Origin: Balanoglossus misakiensis
Taxonomy: Eukaryota; Animalia; Hemichordata
NCBI GenBank assembly: GCA_040954595.2
Contig: CM082583.2
Span: 2,923,060-2,987,059 of the forward strand
Direction of reading: 5' to 3'
Length of the DNA: 64,000 nucleotides
Position numbers and translations under genes: made by a program. The notes below the pieces were generated by a model. It searched no databases. It was given only the letters and a program-made list of their open reading frames with translations, and was not told where the DNA came from. Shown piece after piece: positions 27,101-37,748 of this stretch (the stretch's first letter is position 1; every line of letters begins with the position of its first letter).

Positions 27101-30100
27101 TAATACTATAATACTAGCACTGCCTTAGCACATTCCTATAAAGTACATTTGTAGCTCTTTCATACGAGCTCAGTATTGAGGCAACTCAAGCAGGTGTCAA
27201 TATGTAAAATCATTCTGTGTGTGAGCAGAGACTAAAATATTTGCATTTAAATGCTGGCATAAGTGAGGAGGAATTATTAGTGCCATGCCAGCAAGTTGGG
27301 ATTGTTCTGTTGGGGGGGGGGGGAGGGTGCTGGCACTGCCTGTAAAGGCTGCTCGTATTATACGCCAACATATATGTAGCATGTAACATCCATACTTGAT
27401 GAAAAAATTGCTGGCGGTCTAACTAAAAATTTGCCACAGCCAAAAACGCCCGAAAATAAAAAGTCGTGTAAAAATGTTCTTTGGAGATAACGATGCAGTG
27501 AAATACGAGAACGTGAAAATTAATAGTCGCATAACAGTTGCCACTTTTGATATCGCGAACATTTCCCCTTTTTACAACTTATACAGGTATAGGCCTGCAC
27601 CATTAAATCTACATGTATTCCCAAACGTTTGTCTCTATTCCAGGTATAATTAGATTTGGTTTGTGATGTAGAGTCAAGTCTTGAACAAGTTGTTATGTAT
27701 TTATAAGCCTTGCATTATTTTTTTAAAAGACTCACAAGCCTTTTGCAGTATATGCATCTGTACCTCCACAATAAATAGCATGCATCACGCTGCCAAAAAT
27801 AGATTTAAAAATAAACCGAAAATCTCATTAATTCTTCTAACGGATGATGAATTAACACATACATACATACACATATAGATACAGACACATGACATAGAGA
27901 GAGATAATAGGCATTGAATCCTACATTCATACCATCTTGTACTTGTACTTTATATCAAGGGTTCAAATAAAATTAAGGTACTGGTAAGGACAAGAGTGTT
28001 GTAATTTATCAGTGGTATTTTAAATGCAAAATGATAAATTGCATCACTCACAGCATGCAGTCTGGCTTTGCTATAATTATACCATACTAGTATGTTACAA
28101 TATCATGTTGAATTTTCTCAATACTTTTTATCGTATGATAATGAGCAACAAAGCCACTGTAGCATGTATAAAATTGGCTACATTTTACATTAAAAAGTTT
28201 ACATGCAAAAAGGTACCAGTATTTAACTTTCACACTTGTTTGGCAGTTGGCAAAATGTATTTATGACAAATCCAAACTGGGTGTGGCTGGGTATCAAATG
28301 ATAACTGGGGCATTAATTTGAATAACTGAATCATAAAATGAGCTCAAATATTTGAATATTAAATTTGTGAAACCTTGCCATGTCAATATCATAAACTACT
28401 AATTGATTCATTTTTTTTTCAGAGAAAATAGATGAAAAATCACTCACATTTCAACCGTCAAAATTGCAGTTAATCACATTTTAACAAAATTAAATTTACA
28501 GATGATTTGAAAATAAAACTGGCTTACTTCATTTTAATATTAGTACTCCATATGGGTGTGAGGTAAAATAGCTCAGTAGTCTACTTAACATCAAATGGGA
28601 AATGTATTTAACTGAAATCCGGTATCATATTATGTTTATAGACCTGTCACAGCCATACAGTTTTCTTAAAACTCAATTCTGATTATTTTGTAATTATCAA
28701 TTAATTAATATGCTATATTACAGTGATATATTTCCATCCTACCAAACTGCAATATACGTGACAGAAATATTACAATTATTACTTCTTGCACAGTATATAG
28801 TAGTTCTCTGTAACCATATGCAGCAATAATATTTCTATTCAATCACATCTGTTTCTCTGAAAATGAACCCTAGAATATATGTTCATTATTGCTGACCGGA
28901 TGTTACTCCATACACTGTCAGACATTTTCTCATTGTGCCAGACTATTTTCAGGAACAGTTAATTTTCTGTTGACAAGTGACACCCTTAATCCAATATCAT
29001 GGAACTAAATCTTGTAGAGTCCACAACCTTTAGTTTCATAAACCCTCAAACAGCTAACCACAAAGTTTTCAAGTAACACTGTACACTAGTGCTAATGCTA
29101 ACAAGACAATGAATTAAAGATGTAAGAGTCAATACAGTGGTCGCATGACATGCATTTTTTCAGACATTGTAACAATCAAGTTTTAACTCAATTTTGCAAA
29201 ATGCTGTATGGTAGCAATTCATGCACTGACAGGGCTTGCTAACATTTTTTAAAACCATTTCTCAACTTTTCTTTATATCCTTTGTTTTTTTTTTCGGGTG
29301 CAATTTCAGAAAAAGGACTTGTATCATCATAAAAGCTGATTGGAAGCTCAGAGGAAAAATTGGCCTTACATGTACCGTACAATGTGGCAATTTTTTTCTG
29401 CCGACATGGGGTACATGTACATGTAACTACCACACATGACAATTTTTCTTAATATATATATATATCAGGGTTTTACATCACTTTTTACTTTTGGGAGTCC
29501 CTGGGACTCCTAGTGTTGAAAAATGGGGGTCCTACATCAAATCATGGGGGTCCCAATTTATTTCATCAGAATATTTTATCATTTTATCAATGCTGGAAAT
29601 TAGAAAATCCTTCTGTGAATGGGCAACGGTTGTAAGAATCAATACCAATCCAAATCATAAAATGATATTGTCTACAAGATATAGGGAGTAATTCCAAGAT
29701 CAACTGTAGTATGGCTAGGGGTCCCATCTTGAACATCACCTTATGAGTGACCCTTTGACCTAAAGCATATAATATGGAGAATACCAGTACATGTACTCTC
29801 AACTTGGTCTTCTTAAAGTCTTATTCGAGAAATTTGCAGCTGAATCTATATTTAAAGTTTAAGTTCAGGGTTTTCAACAAAACTAAGACTGCTGGTACTC
29901 ATGGACGGAGTTGGTTTCAGAGCAATAGGAGTCACGGTAGTTCACTGCTTGCACACAGCAAAGTGCGATATAGGCGTGATATCGCAGTGTAACTTATAAT
30001 TCCCAAGAGGGTGACAGCGTGTGCGTAAACTGTATCAAATTCAACAATAAACCAAGTTTGCTACAAGTTTCCTGTATCGATTACAGGTCATAAGGTCATT

Positions 30101-33100
30101 AACTGTTTAATTGACTCTCTGTGTACGCGTACACCCATTAGATATCAGGAAACGCGCAACAAGGGTCTCAACAACAGACATATTTCATGCGTCCCAAGGG
30201 ACGCATGGTTTAGTTTTTGACGGGTCCCACGCCCAGTTTTGTGCGTAAAGGACGCAGAAATGCGCGTCATGTAAAACCCTGTATATGCAAGACAATAAAC
30301 AGGGAGCTTTTCAGAAATGTTGAACAACTTGCAATAAATTTAAGCAATAACCCCCGCAACAGGCGGGTGTACGCGAGATTTGGGTACAATTCGAGACATA
30401 CTAGCACGAGTCGTCAGGCGAGTGCTATATGGAGCGAATTGTACCCAAATCGAGTGTATACCCGACTGAGGCGGGGGTTATTGCTATTATATTATATCAA
30501 CAATTGTTTTTGTGGCATATCAGTGTCATTTTCTTACCGAAACGGCGTCAGAAAGAGAAATTACGATCGTGAACCAACATGGCGACGACAAATGTAAACA
30601 CGAGCGGCCCGGGATCGAGCATTAAACATGAAGCAGACGACAAAAAGTGACAAGACGGGCATCGCGCGTGGCAAAGTGACAAATATTTCCACAGAGCATT
30701 TCCAAAACAAAACGTCCGTTAATTTAACAGTATTTTTATTTTATTTATTAGGTTTAAATACACGTCACTGTGGTTTAACCGCACATTTTTGCTGCCGTAT
30801 GCTAGTTCAGGGGCCCGTTTTAGCAGTGCATTATTGAGTATTTTAGCATCGCTGGATTGAGCTCTCGTCCAATCAGAATTGCGGACGGTAGCATGATATG
30901 ATATAATAACATTTCTAAGAACACAACAAACAGTATAGTTAAAACAAGTGGAATGTTTTAATGCTTATCTACAATGGTTAAGACTGTCTCATTCACAAAA
31001 TCTGGTCATGTTCTCTGCTGTGCAATTGTGCCCTCTAGCAGAACACACAGTCAGCACTGTGAAACTCTCTGGCTTCTCAGATGCTAGAACATGAACATTT
31101 TTAATTGAATGTACTCAACAGATTTCATCATCAATTCCTTCTGCCATTTTCTTGAAATGTCAAAAATACAAATTAAAATTTGAATATTACTAGATGTAGA
31201 CCAAAAAGTTTTTTATCATTTCACCATTGAAATGAAATACTTTTGTCCCTACTCTTAAATAATGTCATTTTTGTTGGAATATACTATTCTTATAACATTA
31301 CCTACGACATTTAAAATTCACAAGCAAACATTAAAACATTTGCTGGTATTTGTCATTAGCCTTAAGTTAAAGGGAATGGGTCGAGGCGCCGGCTGTGTAG
31401 GTGTCCCCCTTGATGAGAATATGCCCCCCCCCCCCCCATACCAGTGCAAACCCCACTGTGGAAGAAATTTTAATTTGGGGGATTCTTCTTCTTCATGGCA
31501 TGTTTTAAACAATTCTACAACAATTTAGTATCAAACATCTGTCAATTCATCCATAGTATTACACCATGTCAAATTTCAAGAGCATCATTTTGAATATAAC
31601 TCGTCTCTATTGCTATCACTAAAAATATCAATTCATTTCAAGATGTACATCATTATGCTACTACTTACAGCTTCATATTATAATCAACATACATTTTGTC
31701 ATTTTGCCTAACATAAACCATTTCTGTACTTCAGATGCTCAATTTATGGGCATCATAATTAACCATGGCAAATTGCAAAATGCGTTAATCAATTATTAGA
31801 ATAAGTTAATTAAATGCAATGTGTCACATTTCACTACATGTACAGTGCCATCAAAAAGAAAAGTCTACTGCCAGCGGAACTAAACATATTGGGTATATTA
31901 AAGCCTGCACCCCTATTTCCCTATATAGAGGTCCAACTATACCATAGAAAACAAAGTGTTTGGACCAAACCATAGTGGAGAAAGGGCTAATCCTGTGGAA
32001 AATGATTACTATCAGTTCAATGAGTCAGATGGGGGGGGGGGGGGGGGGAAGACCACACTGTTATTTAATTCACACGAATTTACATTTTATTGAATTGCTC
32101 AGTATACAACAGAGTGCAACATACTACTTCATCATACACTGTCAGAACTGTTGCAGTCCATTTAGTCCTTTGAATAGAAACATTTCAATAGTATAATCAC
32201 ACTTACAGAGAATACCCGTAAGTGTATCTTTGAAGTACTATTAAATAAAATGTCCTCACATGATTTGTGATGGATCATTTTGGCGCATGCATTCTTGATG
32301 CACTTGCACGGTGTTGGACGCTCAATGCACCACTTTGTGGACGTCACATGCGCGTGTCGCGGAGCGATATGTAGAACCCGAGAAATCATCAGCTACTTAT
32401 GAGAAACAACTATGAACAGACTCTTATCCAAAGAAAAATGAAACTTTGGAGATTGTATGTGATAAAATGAGTTGATCAAATAGCTTGAAAAAATTCCTTG
32501 CTACGTACTTCGCTTATTAAGCGTGGTGGTGTACTGCAAGGCAAGGGGCCTTGGACTGTACCATATTTTCTGGTGGCCAAGATTAGCATTGAGGTTTAAT
32601 AGGGTTGAATTGTTGAGTCACAGTTTTTTTGACAGAAACTGTTGGGGATCCTTGAAACCAGCCGAAAGGGGACGCATACAATTAGTCAAATTAATATAAA
32701 TAACAAAATCAATATAAATCACCTATAATTTTCTAAAGCATTATGACCAATAATCCGTGTGCTGCCTATTTTTTGATAATTTTCACAATTTCAGTTCTTT
32801 CATTAGAACAAATTCCAATCTTGTCTACGATATGTAGTCTATAGAACACACACACATGTAGAAGGGAGCTAGGGCTGTTTTGACATAGACCATGTATGAC
32901 TGGTCAGTTTCGTGTATGCAAAACCTACACTCGTCAGAAACTGTTGCCTCATAATATATATCCAGGCAGTGTAAACAGCTTCTATTTTGCATATATGCAA
33001 ATGACTATCATTAGATGACATTACAATATTGTGTCCTTGATGACTGTTGTCTACATTAAATAGTATGCCCTTATATTTGTGATATCAAAAACAAGTAGAC

Positions 33101-36100
33101 AGTAAACAAATAACAAGAAATGGATGAAAACTAAAAATGAATTTGCCAAATATGTTGGCAAATTGACTGATCCATAGCCTAGTGTAATGGCTATATAAAA
33201 CAGTCTCTCCCATCGCAAAAATATGACAATATCGATAAAATTGAATATACAATGAGACTCAGCTCTCCATATTTAATGAGCGAAATTATAGTTGGGCGAA
33301 ATCCCATTGTTCCAAGGCATAAATTAAAAATAAAGAAATATTTACCTATATTTTTTTAAAACATACCTGTGTTTAAAACCTTAAATGTGCTTTAAATGGT
33401 AAATTTTTAGAACACCCCTGGGCCCTGTTGGTCCATTATTCCACCTGCTACCTTAAAGTTAGGGTCCTATCGTAAAGTTGTGGTCTTTGTGAATGGCACA
33501 TGCAACATGTAATGGAATTGCCATATCAAATGATTCCGTCAATTGGTCAAACAGACACAAGTGCTTTCTGTGGACAATTTTACTGCAGATTACACACGAA
33601 ATTAGCTGCATTACAAATCAGGATTTCCTTTAGATTCTACTTCAGATAGCTACTTCATAATGAAATATTAAAAAAAATATAAAATTGCAAAGTATCAAAA
33701 TATAGTGGATATATTTTGGGTACATCCTAAGTTTACTTGAACAATGTGATAAACCAACATCACACTTTTGGCAATAAGTATAAAACTCTCACTAAAATTA
33801 TTAAAAAAAATATAAAATTGCAAAGTATCAAAATATAGTGGATATATTTTGGGTACATCCTAAGTTTACTTGAACAATGTGATAAACCAACATCACACTT
33901 TTGGCAATAAGTATAAAACTCTCACTAAAAATAGAAAATTGTAGACCTTACCACAAAATGTCCAAAGGTCAATGGGGTCACCCAACCACAGTTAATTTAG
34001 CTAGCAGCTGTTCTGCAGTGGATATGAACACATTCTAACAGATCATAAATTAATTATAGTCTTACCTAAACAATTAATTTCTATTTTACAGATACTAATA
34101 GGAGTATTTCAAAATTCTAAGCCAGAAGTAGAGATGAATGTAATTAGAAGATGTTATGACCAACCTGATTTGTCTCTGATGGCCAGGTCCTTTCCTTCGC
34201 GCAGAATCACTTCTAACAGGAAGAATGGAAATTGCTGGAGATTGACTTTACCCTGCAATCACATTAGAGAAGATTCTTAGTTTTAAAAAAAGATCATGGG
34301 TCATCGTCAAAGCTGTGAAATTTTGCCATGTGGCAGCAGTGTTTCATTTAGATTCACCCTCACCCGCTAGCAATTTGTCAGGGGGGGGGGACCAGTGCCC
34401 TATAAAGTAATGTCACTCACACATTGGAGATATTACAGTCCCCTTTGCCAGAGTGGAATCCCCCCTCAAATATTCTGGCAAAGTGGGACATGTCCCCCCT
34501 GTTGATGCCATCCTGTGGCAGTAATATGTTTCAACAGAACAGATTGTTTGATGACCTGTCATTTCTACCCAACATTCATATCCCTGCCAACACTACCATT
34601 TATTGTTCTGTTTATCATAACACAATATATAGAACACAGAACTGACAATTATTTTCTTAAATTCTTCAGTCCATTCTGCCTTTAACTAGTAAATTAATGT
34701 CATGTTTTACAAATCTAAATCTATCATCAAAAATACACAATTTCCACATAAATTTTGTTATATAAAGCGACAGTGTATCACCTGTTTTTCCAACAGCACC
34801 CTGGTATACTGGTTTGAAAGCCTATTTTTAGCATTGTCTGTTTATCTTCAATGTTTATCATACAATGGAAATGATGGATAATTTAACTGTACAAAATGAT
34901 CAAACAAATTCAAAATATCCAATGAACATAACAGAAACTGCACATTATTCTTTCTTTTGCATCCCAAACTATACTATTTTATCGGTCCAATAATTCCAAA
35001 ATAATAAAACATTATCAATTAACCTTGTTTAATTAATCTGTCGTGTGACCTGCATAATATTTATTCTTGATTGAGCTCATCACCATTTCGGATAAAATAA
35101 CATTTGTAAGTTTTTTAAAAATTAGTAAAAACCAATAGTTTTTGTGTGGAATATTTGTCAATGAGCAATAATCTGTTTCAGTACGCACATATATTTAGCC
35201 GACTCTCACATCATAAATCGTAAACCATATAGCAGATGCTAATATTCTAACAATGTTAAATTTAGCAAATTCTACCAGGCACTGTTAGGTCAATCTGCAT
35301 AATGTACATTTACATGTATACTACTATTGTACAAAAATGACAGATAATTAACAGTTTTATATGTTTACAACCACTTTTTTGTTGTTCATGAAATATATTA
35401 ATTAATGAATAATAAAAAAAAGTATGTTTTTTTGAGATAATGTCAATTTCTTTTTTTTAAAAGCTATTATTACTAACAGTTACCTCTTGTGTGGTACTGG
35501 TTGGACTGATGGGAGGACTGGTCGAGGGACTTTGGCTGTCAAGCGACAAACTTTGTGGTCTGGTGGAACCATTTTGCCCTCCTGCTGTCTCGTTAGCGGT
35601 TAACTTTGGAAGATCCGAATCACTGAAACCGATTTGCTCATCCCTTCGTTTTTGAGCTGCTTCAAAAAGCGAGTCAAACTCCCGATCTGGGGAGTCCAAG
35701 TCATTGGAGTCAGCAGCATCGTTGATTTCTGGCTGACTTAACGTCAGTCTGGGATCGGCACCATTGCTCTTGTTCTTGTCTTTACTTCCCCACTTTTTGG
35801 GTTTTGCCCTCCGTTTGAAGCTATTCCATAACTTCTTCCTCTTATTGACAGCAGTTTCCGAAGTTTCTTGTGTGTCTATCACTTCGTCATCTGCGTCACC
35901 CGGAGAAACTGTGAACAGTGAATACAACACATATCATTTTGTCGTCTACAACAAAAAAATTATAGAATGGCCGCCAACAATTTCGGGGAATTGTTTGCTG
36001 AATAATGTGAACTGAACTGAAGCATATGCGCAAACCCGGCAGTCGTAGTCGTATAAACATCGAGTGCCATTTATTATCAATGGAAAGTGCGCTACACACC

Positions 36101-37111
36101 CGACACAGTTCAGTACGGTCACATGCAACAAGTTGTCAATCCTCTTGTACGTGTATGCAGTTTGTTAGAAATCTGGTAAACTTGTGTGCACAGTTACCAT
36201 ATTGATCGATGATGGTACTGACATATTTAGAACCATACAAACTGCCAGTGATACACATGACGTCATGTAATATACTCTATGAGCTTGTGACCACCTGTAC
36301 ACACGATTACCAGACTCAGGAAGCTAAATGTTTCAATGACAGTACAATTACACAATCCTGGTAATCGCGACAGAGCCATCTATAAACGCAATAAATTAAA
36401 CACGAGTTTTAAACAACTTAAATCAGCTATCAGCAAACCGATTATGACACCTTACGTTCTTCCGACGACATTTCGGCAGCTTTGCAGTGGAGTTGATGAG
36501 GTGACAATCGCTTCGCTATAGATGTCACACCTTTCTACCATCAAATGTTTTCAATGTCCTGTCACGTCCTGCTCCCCATCTGCGCAGTCCAAGTGCGCAT
36601 ATGCCACGGGCTATTCCAATTAAACAAAGGGGTTCCGCGTTTCTACGTCGTTTTACCGAGTAAGTTTATATCGGGGTAGAAACCATATGGAATGGAGCAA
36701 GTCCTTGAATTATAATAAGTTTTGCATAGTCCATCGCTTTATGAAATTTTAGTGACAATATTGCCACTTGCTGTGCTGATATGTAGCTTAACAACATCAA
36801 CCTGGAAAAGTAACCCCCTCTTCGGCCAGAACTATTGAAAGTACCAACCAGCAGAATAAAACTGGGATAATTTTAGCCTGTGATATCGGCCCGGGGTCTT
36901 TTACACTTACCATTTTTGACGTTGGCAAATTTTTTTCTCGACAACAAAAATATCATCGCAAACGTTTTCTAAAATTCTTCTCCGACTTACCATTTCCATC
37001 TTTCTCGATTTCGTCATATTCGTGGTCATCAGCAATCGATCCTGTGGGCGTATCTTTAGGTACTGGATGGATGGGAGCACAACATACGACCGAACGAGAT
37101 CGAGATGCCAT
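1799..37111 (-). CDS. MCTP1: Multiple C2 and transmembrane domain-containing protein (MCTP1/2-like), whole spliced gene, 21 coding exons, 2643 nt, 880 aa
   Basis: 21 GT-AG exons join in phase into one ORF: low-complexity N-terminus, three C2 domains with acidic Ca-ligand loops (RDKSGTSDPY..YDYD..NDD; [17 protein letters not shown]; ADIGGKSDPL..YDED..LEF), hydrophobic segments, acidic linker, and the MCTP-type C-terminus [14 protein letters not shown]. Confidence 0.95.
2678..2775 (-). CDS. MCTP1: MCTP exon 20
   Basis: [33 protein letters not shown]; tag/gtaagt; phase 1 to 0. Confidence 0.96.
3030..3139 (-). CDS. MCTP1: MCTP exon 19 (second membrane segment)
   Basis: [36 protein letters not shown]; tag/gtaagt; phase 2 to 1. 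Confidence 0.96.
3661..3900 (+). mobile_element. Probable partial HINE/DINE-1-like element of a second family
   Basis: T-run then taggtcccatgggacct hairpin then (GGAT)n/GTCC microsatellite, the usual 5' layout of Helentron-associated elements; 3' end not identified. Confidence 0.4.
3935..4047 (-). CDS. MCTP1: MCTP exon 18
   Basis: [37 protein letters not shown]; tag/gtgagt; phase 0 to 2. Confidence 0.95.
4853..4858 (-). CDS. MCTP1: Candidate 6-nt microexon (Lys-Lys) of MCTP, not counted in the 21 exons
   Basis: Minus strand reads tttttgttccctgtttccttcaatgctaactatgcatcttacag AAAAAG gtatgt; frame-preserving in a phase 0 intron. Confidence 0.55.
6941..7000 (-). CDS. MCTP1: MCTP exon 17 (acidic linker)
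   Basis: [20 protein letters not shown]; ttacag/gtaaca; phase 0 to 0. Confidence 0.92.
7157..7240 (+). repeat. Dispersed repeat fragment, second copy at ~31908-31991
   Basis: Both loci share ttccctata(a)tagaggtccaac..taccatagaaaacaa...tttgga...aaccat.gtgg.gaaag.g.taat. Confidence 0.7.
7614..8122. repeat. Compound pentanucleotide microsatellite (GCAGT/GTAGT)n, about 100 units
   Basis: Directly visible; lies in MCTP intron 16. Confidence 0.98.
8335..8460 (-). CDS. MCTP1: MCTP exon 16 (first membrane segment)
   Basis: [28 protein letters not shown]...SDDD; tag/gtaagt; phase 0 to 0. Confidence 0.95.
8852..8971 (-). CDS. MCTP1: MCTP exon 15
   Basis: [12 protein letters not shown]...[16 protein letters not shown]; cag/gtaagt; phase 0 to 0. 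Confidence 0.95.
10086..10160 (-). CDS. MCTP1: MCTP exon 14
   Basis: [25 protein letters not shown]; cag/gtaaa; phase 0 to 0. Confidence 0.94.
10854..10955 (-). CDS. MCTP1: MCTP exon 13 (end of C2C)
   Basis: [34 protein letters not shown]; cag/gtgagt; phase 0 to 0. Confidence 0.96.
11625..11727 (-). CDS. MCTP1: MCTP exon 12 (C2C)
   Basis: [34 protein letters not shown]; tag/gtaagt; phase 2 to 0. Confidence 0.96.
12040..12152 (-). repeat. Dispersed repeat, related copies at ~24505-24570 and ~24772-24890
   Basis: Reverse complement ggagttctgtaatacaataattcgcggtatcagaatacaataa..caaatgaggacgc matches the 24.5-24.9 kb copies. Confidence 0.7.
12937..13039 (-). CDS. MCTP1: MCTP exon 11 (C2C)
   Basis: [34 protein letters not shown]; cag/gtgagt; phase 1 to 2. 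Confidence 0.96.
13474..13512 (-). CDS. MCTP1: MCTP exon 10 (39 nt, C2C)
   Basis: [13 protein letters not shown]; ttccag/gtaaac; phase 1 to 1. Confidence 0.92.
13849..13909 (-). CDS. MCTP1: MCTP exon 9
   Basis: [20 protein letters not shown]; cag/gtcaga; phase 0 to 1. Confidence 0.92.
14330..14516 (-). CDS. MCTP1: MCTP exon 8 (end of C2B, linker)
   Basis: [14 protein letters not shown]...LLTISG...VQKY; gtaagt donor; phase 2 to 0. Confidence 0.95.
14828..14958 (-). CDS. MCTP1: MCTP exon 7 (C2B)
   Basis: [17 protein letters not shown]...[14 protein letters not shown]; phase 0 to 2. Confidence 0.96.
15210..15316. repeat. Small MITE-like inverted repeat
   Basis: Perfect 18-bp inverted repeat ccaatctgattaaaatca (15210-15227) / tgattttaatcagattgg (15299-15316). 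Confidence 0.7.
15335..15665 (+). mobile_element. Non-autonomous DNA transposon (possibly PIF/Harbinger-like), same family as 49426-50008
   Basis: 15335-15535 aligns by eye with the reverse complement of ~49800-50008 (ccattaagacgg...gcgtctcagatca...gccggtcagacc...acacctctccgcaacccattgtc); superfamily is a guess from gggtcaca-type termini. Confidence 0.6.
16238..16414 (-). CDS. MCTP1: MCTP exon 6 (start of C2B)
   Basis: YLARKG...[40 protein letters not shown]; phase 0 to 0. Confidence 0.96.
20131..20239 (-). CDS. MCTP1: MCTP exon 5 (end of C2A)
   Basis: tttttag acceptor, LKNMKLKL...[11 protein letters not shown], gtaagt donor; phase 2 to 0. Confidence 0.93.
21308..21412. repeat. Fold-back hairpin element
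   Basis: aatagaatctcacactcctagggacct pairs almost perfectly with aggtccttggtgtgtgagattctatt. Confidence 0.75.
21855..22044 (+). mobile_element. Kolobok-like MITE, copy 1 (degenerate)
   Basis: Flanked by TTAA on both sides; internal sequence matches 23056-23239. Confidence 0.65.
22761..22983 (-). CDS. MCTP1: MCTP exon 4 (C2A core, [12 protein letters not shown]...LPAN)
   Basis: C2 motifs SDPYV, LNPRWDE, VYDYD; ag/gtaagt; phase 1 to 2. Confidence 0.96.
23056..23239 (+). mobile_element. Kolobok-like MITE, copy 2
   Basis: TTAA|aggtatacgatcacct ... aggtgaccgtatacct|TTAA: 16-bp TIR with one mismatch, TTAA duplication and AG..CT termini (RR..YY ends fit Kolobok rather than piggyBac). Confidence 0.75.
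24109..24836 (+). repeat. Diverged tandem duplication (copies start 24109 and 24570); copy 1 contains a hairpin at 24308-24469
   Basis: Shared text caccacagacattg...agatttattaatcagaaatctttagctgatgtacaa...gtgaaggttcata; perfect 30-bp inverted repeat cctattgcctggccatgagggccatagcag only in copy 1. Confidence 0.85.
30343..30908. mobile_element. Palindromic non-autonomous element, possibly Crypton-like
   Basis: About 65-bp-arm imperfect hairpin at 30343-30485, then ttattatatca paired with a distal tgatataataa (30899-30909) near ccaatcag. Family assignment is recalled resemblance only. Confidence 0.55.
33666..33931 (+). repeat. 133-bp tandem duplication, two apparently identical copies
   Basis: tattaaaaaaaatataaaattgcaaag...ctctcactaaaa starts at 33666 and 33799. 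Confidence 0.95.
34165..34252 (-). CDS. MCTP1: MCTP exon 3 ([29 protein letters not shown], start of C2A)
   Basis: ttgcag acceptor, CAG|gttggt donor, phase 0 to 1, C2 first strand and loop. Confidence 0.92.
35484..35908 (-). CDS. MCTP1: MCTP exon 2 (Ser/Asp-rich N-terminal region)
   Basis: ttcacag acceptor, 425 nt open, GAG|gtaact donor, phase 1 to 0. Confidence 0.85.
36255..36268. promoter_or_regulatory. Perfect CRE palindrome in MCTP intron 1
   Basis: acatgacgtcatgt, a 14-bp palindrome around TGACGTCA in the CpG-rich 5' region; function unproven. Confidence 0.3.
36991..37111 (-). CDS. MCTP1: MCTP exon 1 ([13 protein letters not shown]...EKDGN)
   Basis: ATG at 37111, G|gtaagt donor, phase 1 matches exon 2; no conserved domain, so less certain. 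Confidence 0.65.
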
Positions 37112-37748
37112 ATTCGTATACCACCAGTGCACGACAAAACGCAAATTGCTAAATATAGTTTCTTGAACGTGCATAAACCATTGGAATTCCTAAATAACAT
37201 TTTAGTTTCTCTTTACATTAGCCTTGGAATCGGAAAGATCGTCCCTGTGGGCCTGTTGTTCATAATTTTGAAGAAAGAAGCCCAGGGAAATGAATATTTT
37301 ATATTTCGTAAAAAAAATATACCGTCACTTTTACGTATTTTATGTTTTATAGGTAATTACACAAAAATTGTTGTAATCTATCCTGACGTGGTGGAGTATA
37401 GAGTGAAACTCACTGCCCAGGAAAACAAAAACATCAGTTTGTGACGTTGCGAGTTAGATCAGTTGCATTGTAATTAAAACTTTGACGTCTCCTCTCTATT
37501 GAAATATATATGAAATTTCATGAACAAATTTGATAATTACGGGCCCAAGCCAAGCCAGGCTTGGGCCCGTATTGGTTTCGTTGGAATTTTTAGGGCCCAA
37601 GCGCACGCAAGCGCTTGGGCCCTATTGGTTTCGTTGGGGTTTTTTAGGGCCCAAGCGCACGCAAGCGCTTGGGCCCTATTGGTTTCGTTGGGGTTTTTTA
37701 GGGCCCAAGCCCAGCAGGCTTGGGCCCTATTGGTATTACTGGCTTTTT

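Noticed and set aside
36905-36911. Second strong gtaagt donor 80 nt downstream of the exon 1 donor
   Set aside because: The exon 1 frame reaches a stop at 36955-36953 before this donor, so it cannot extend the MCTP ORF from the 37111 ATG.
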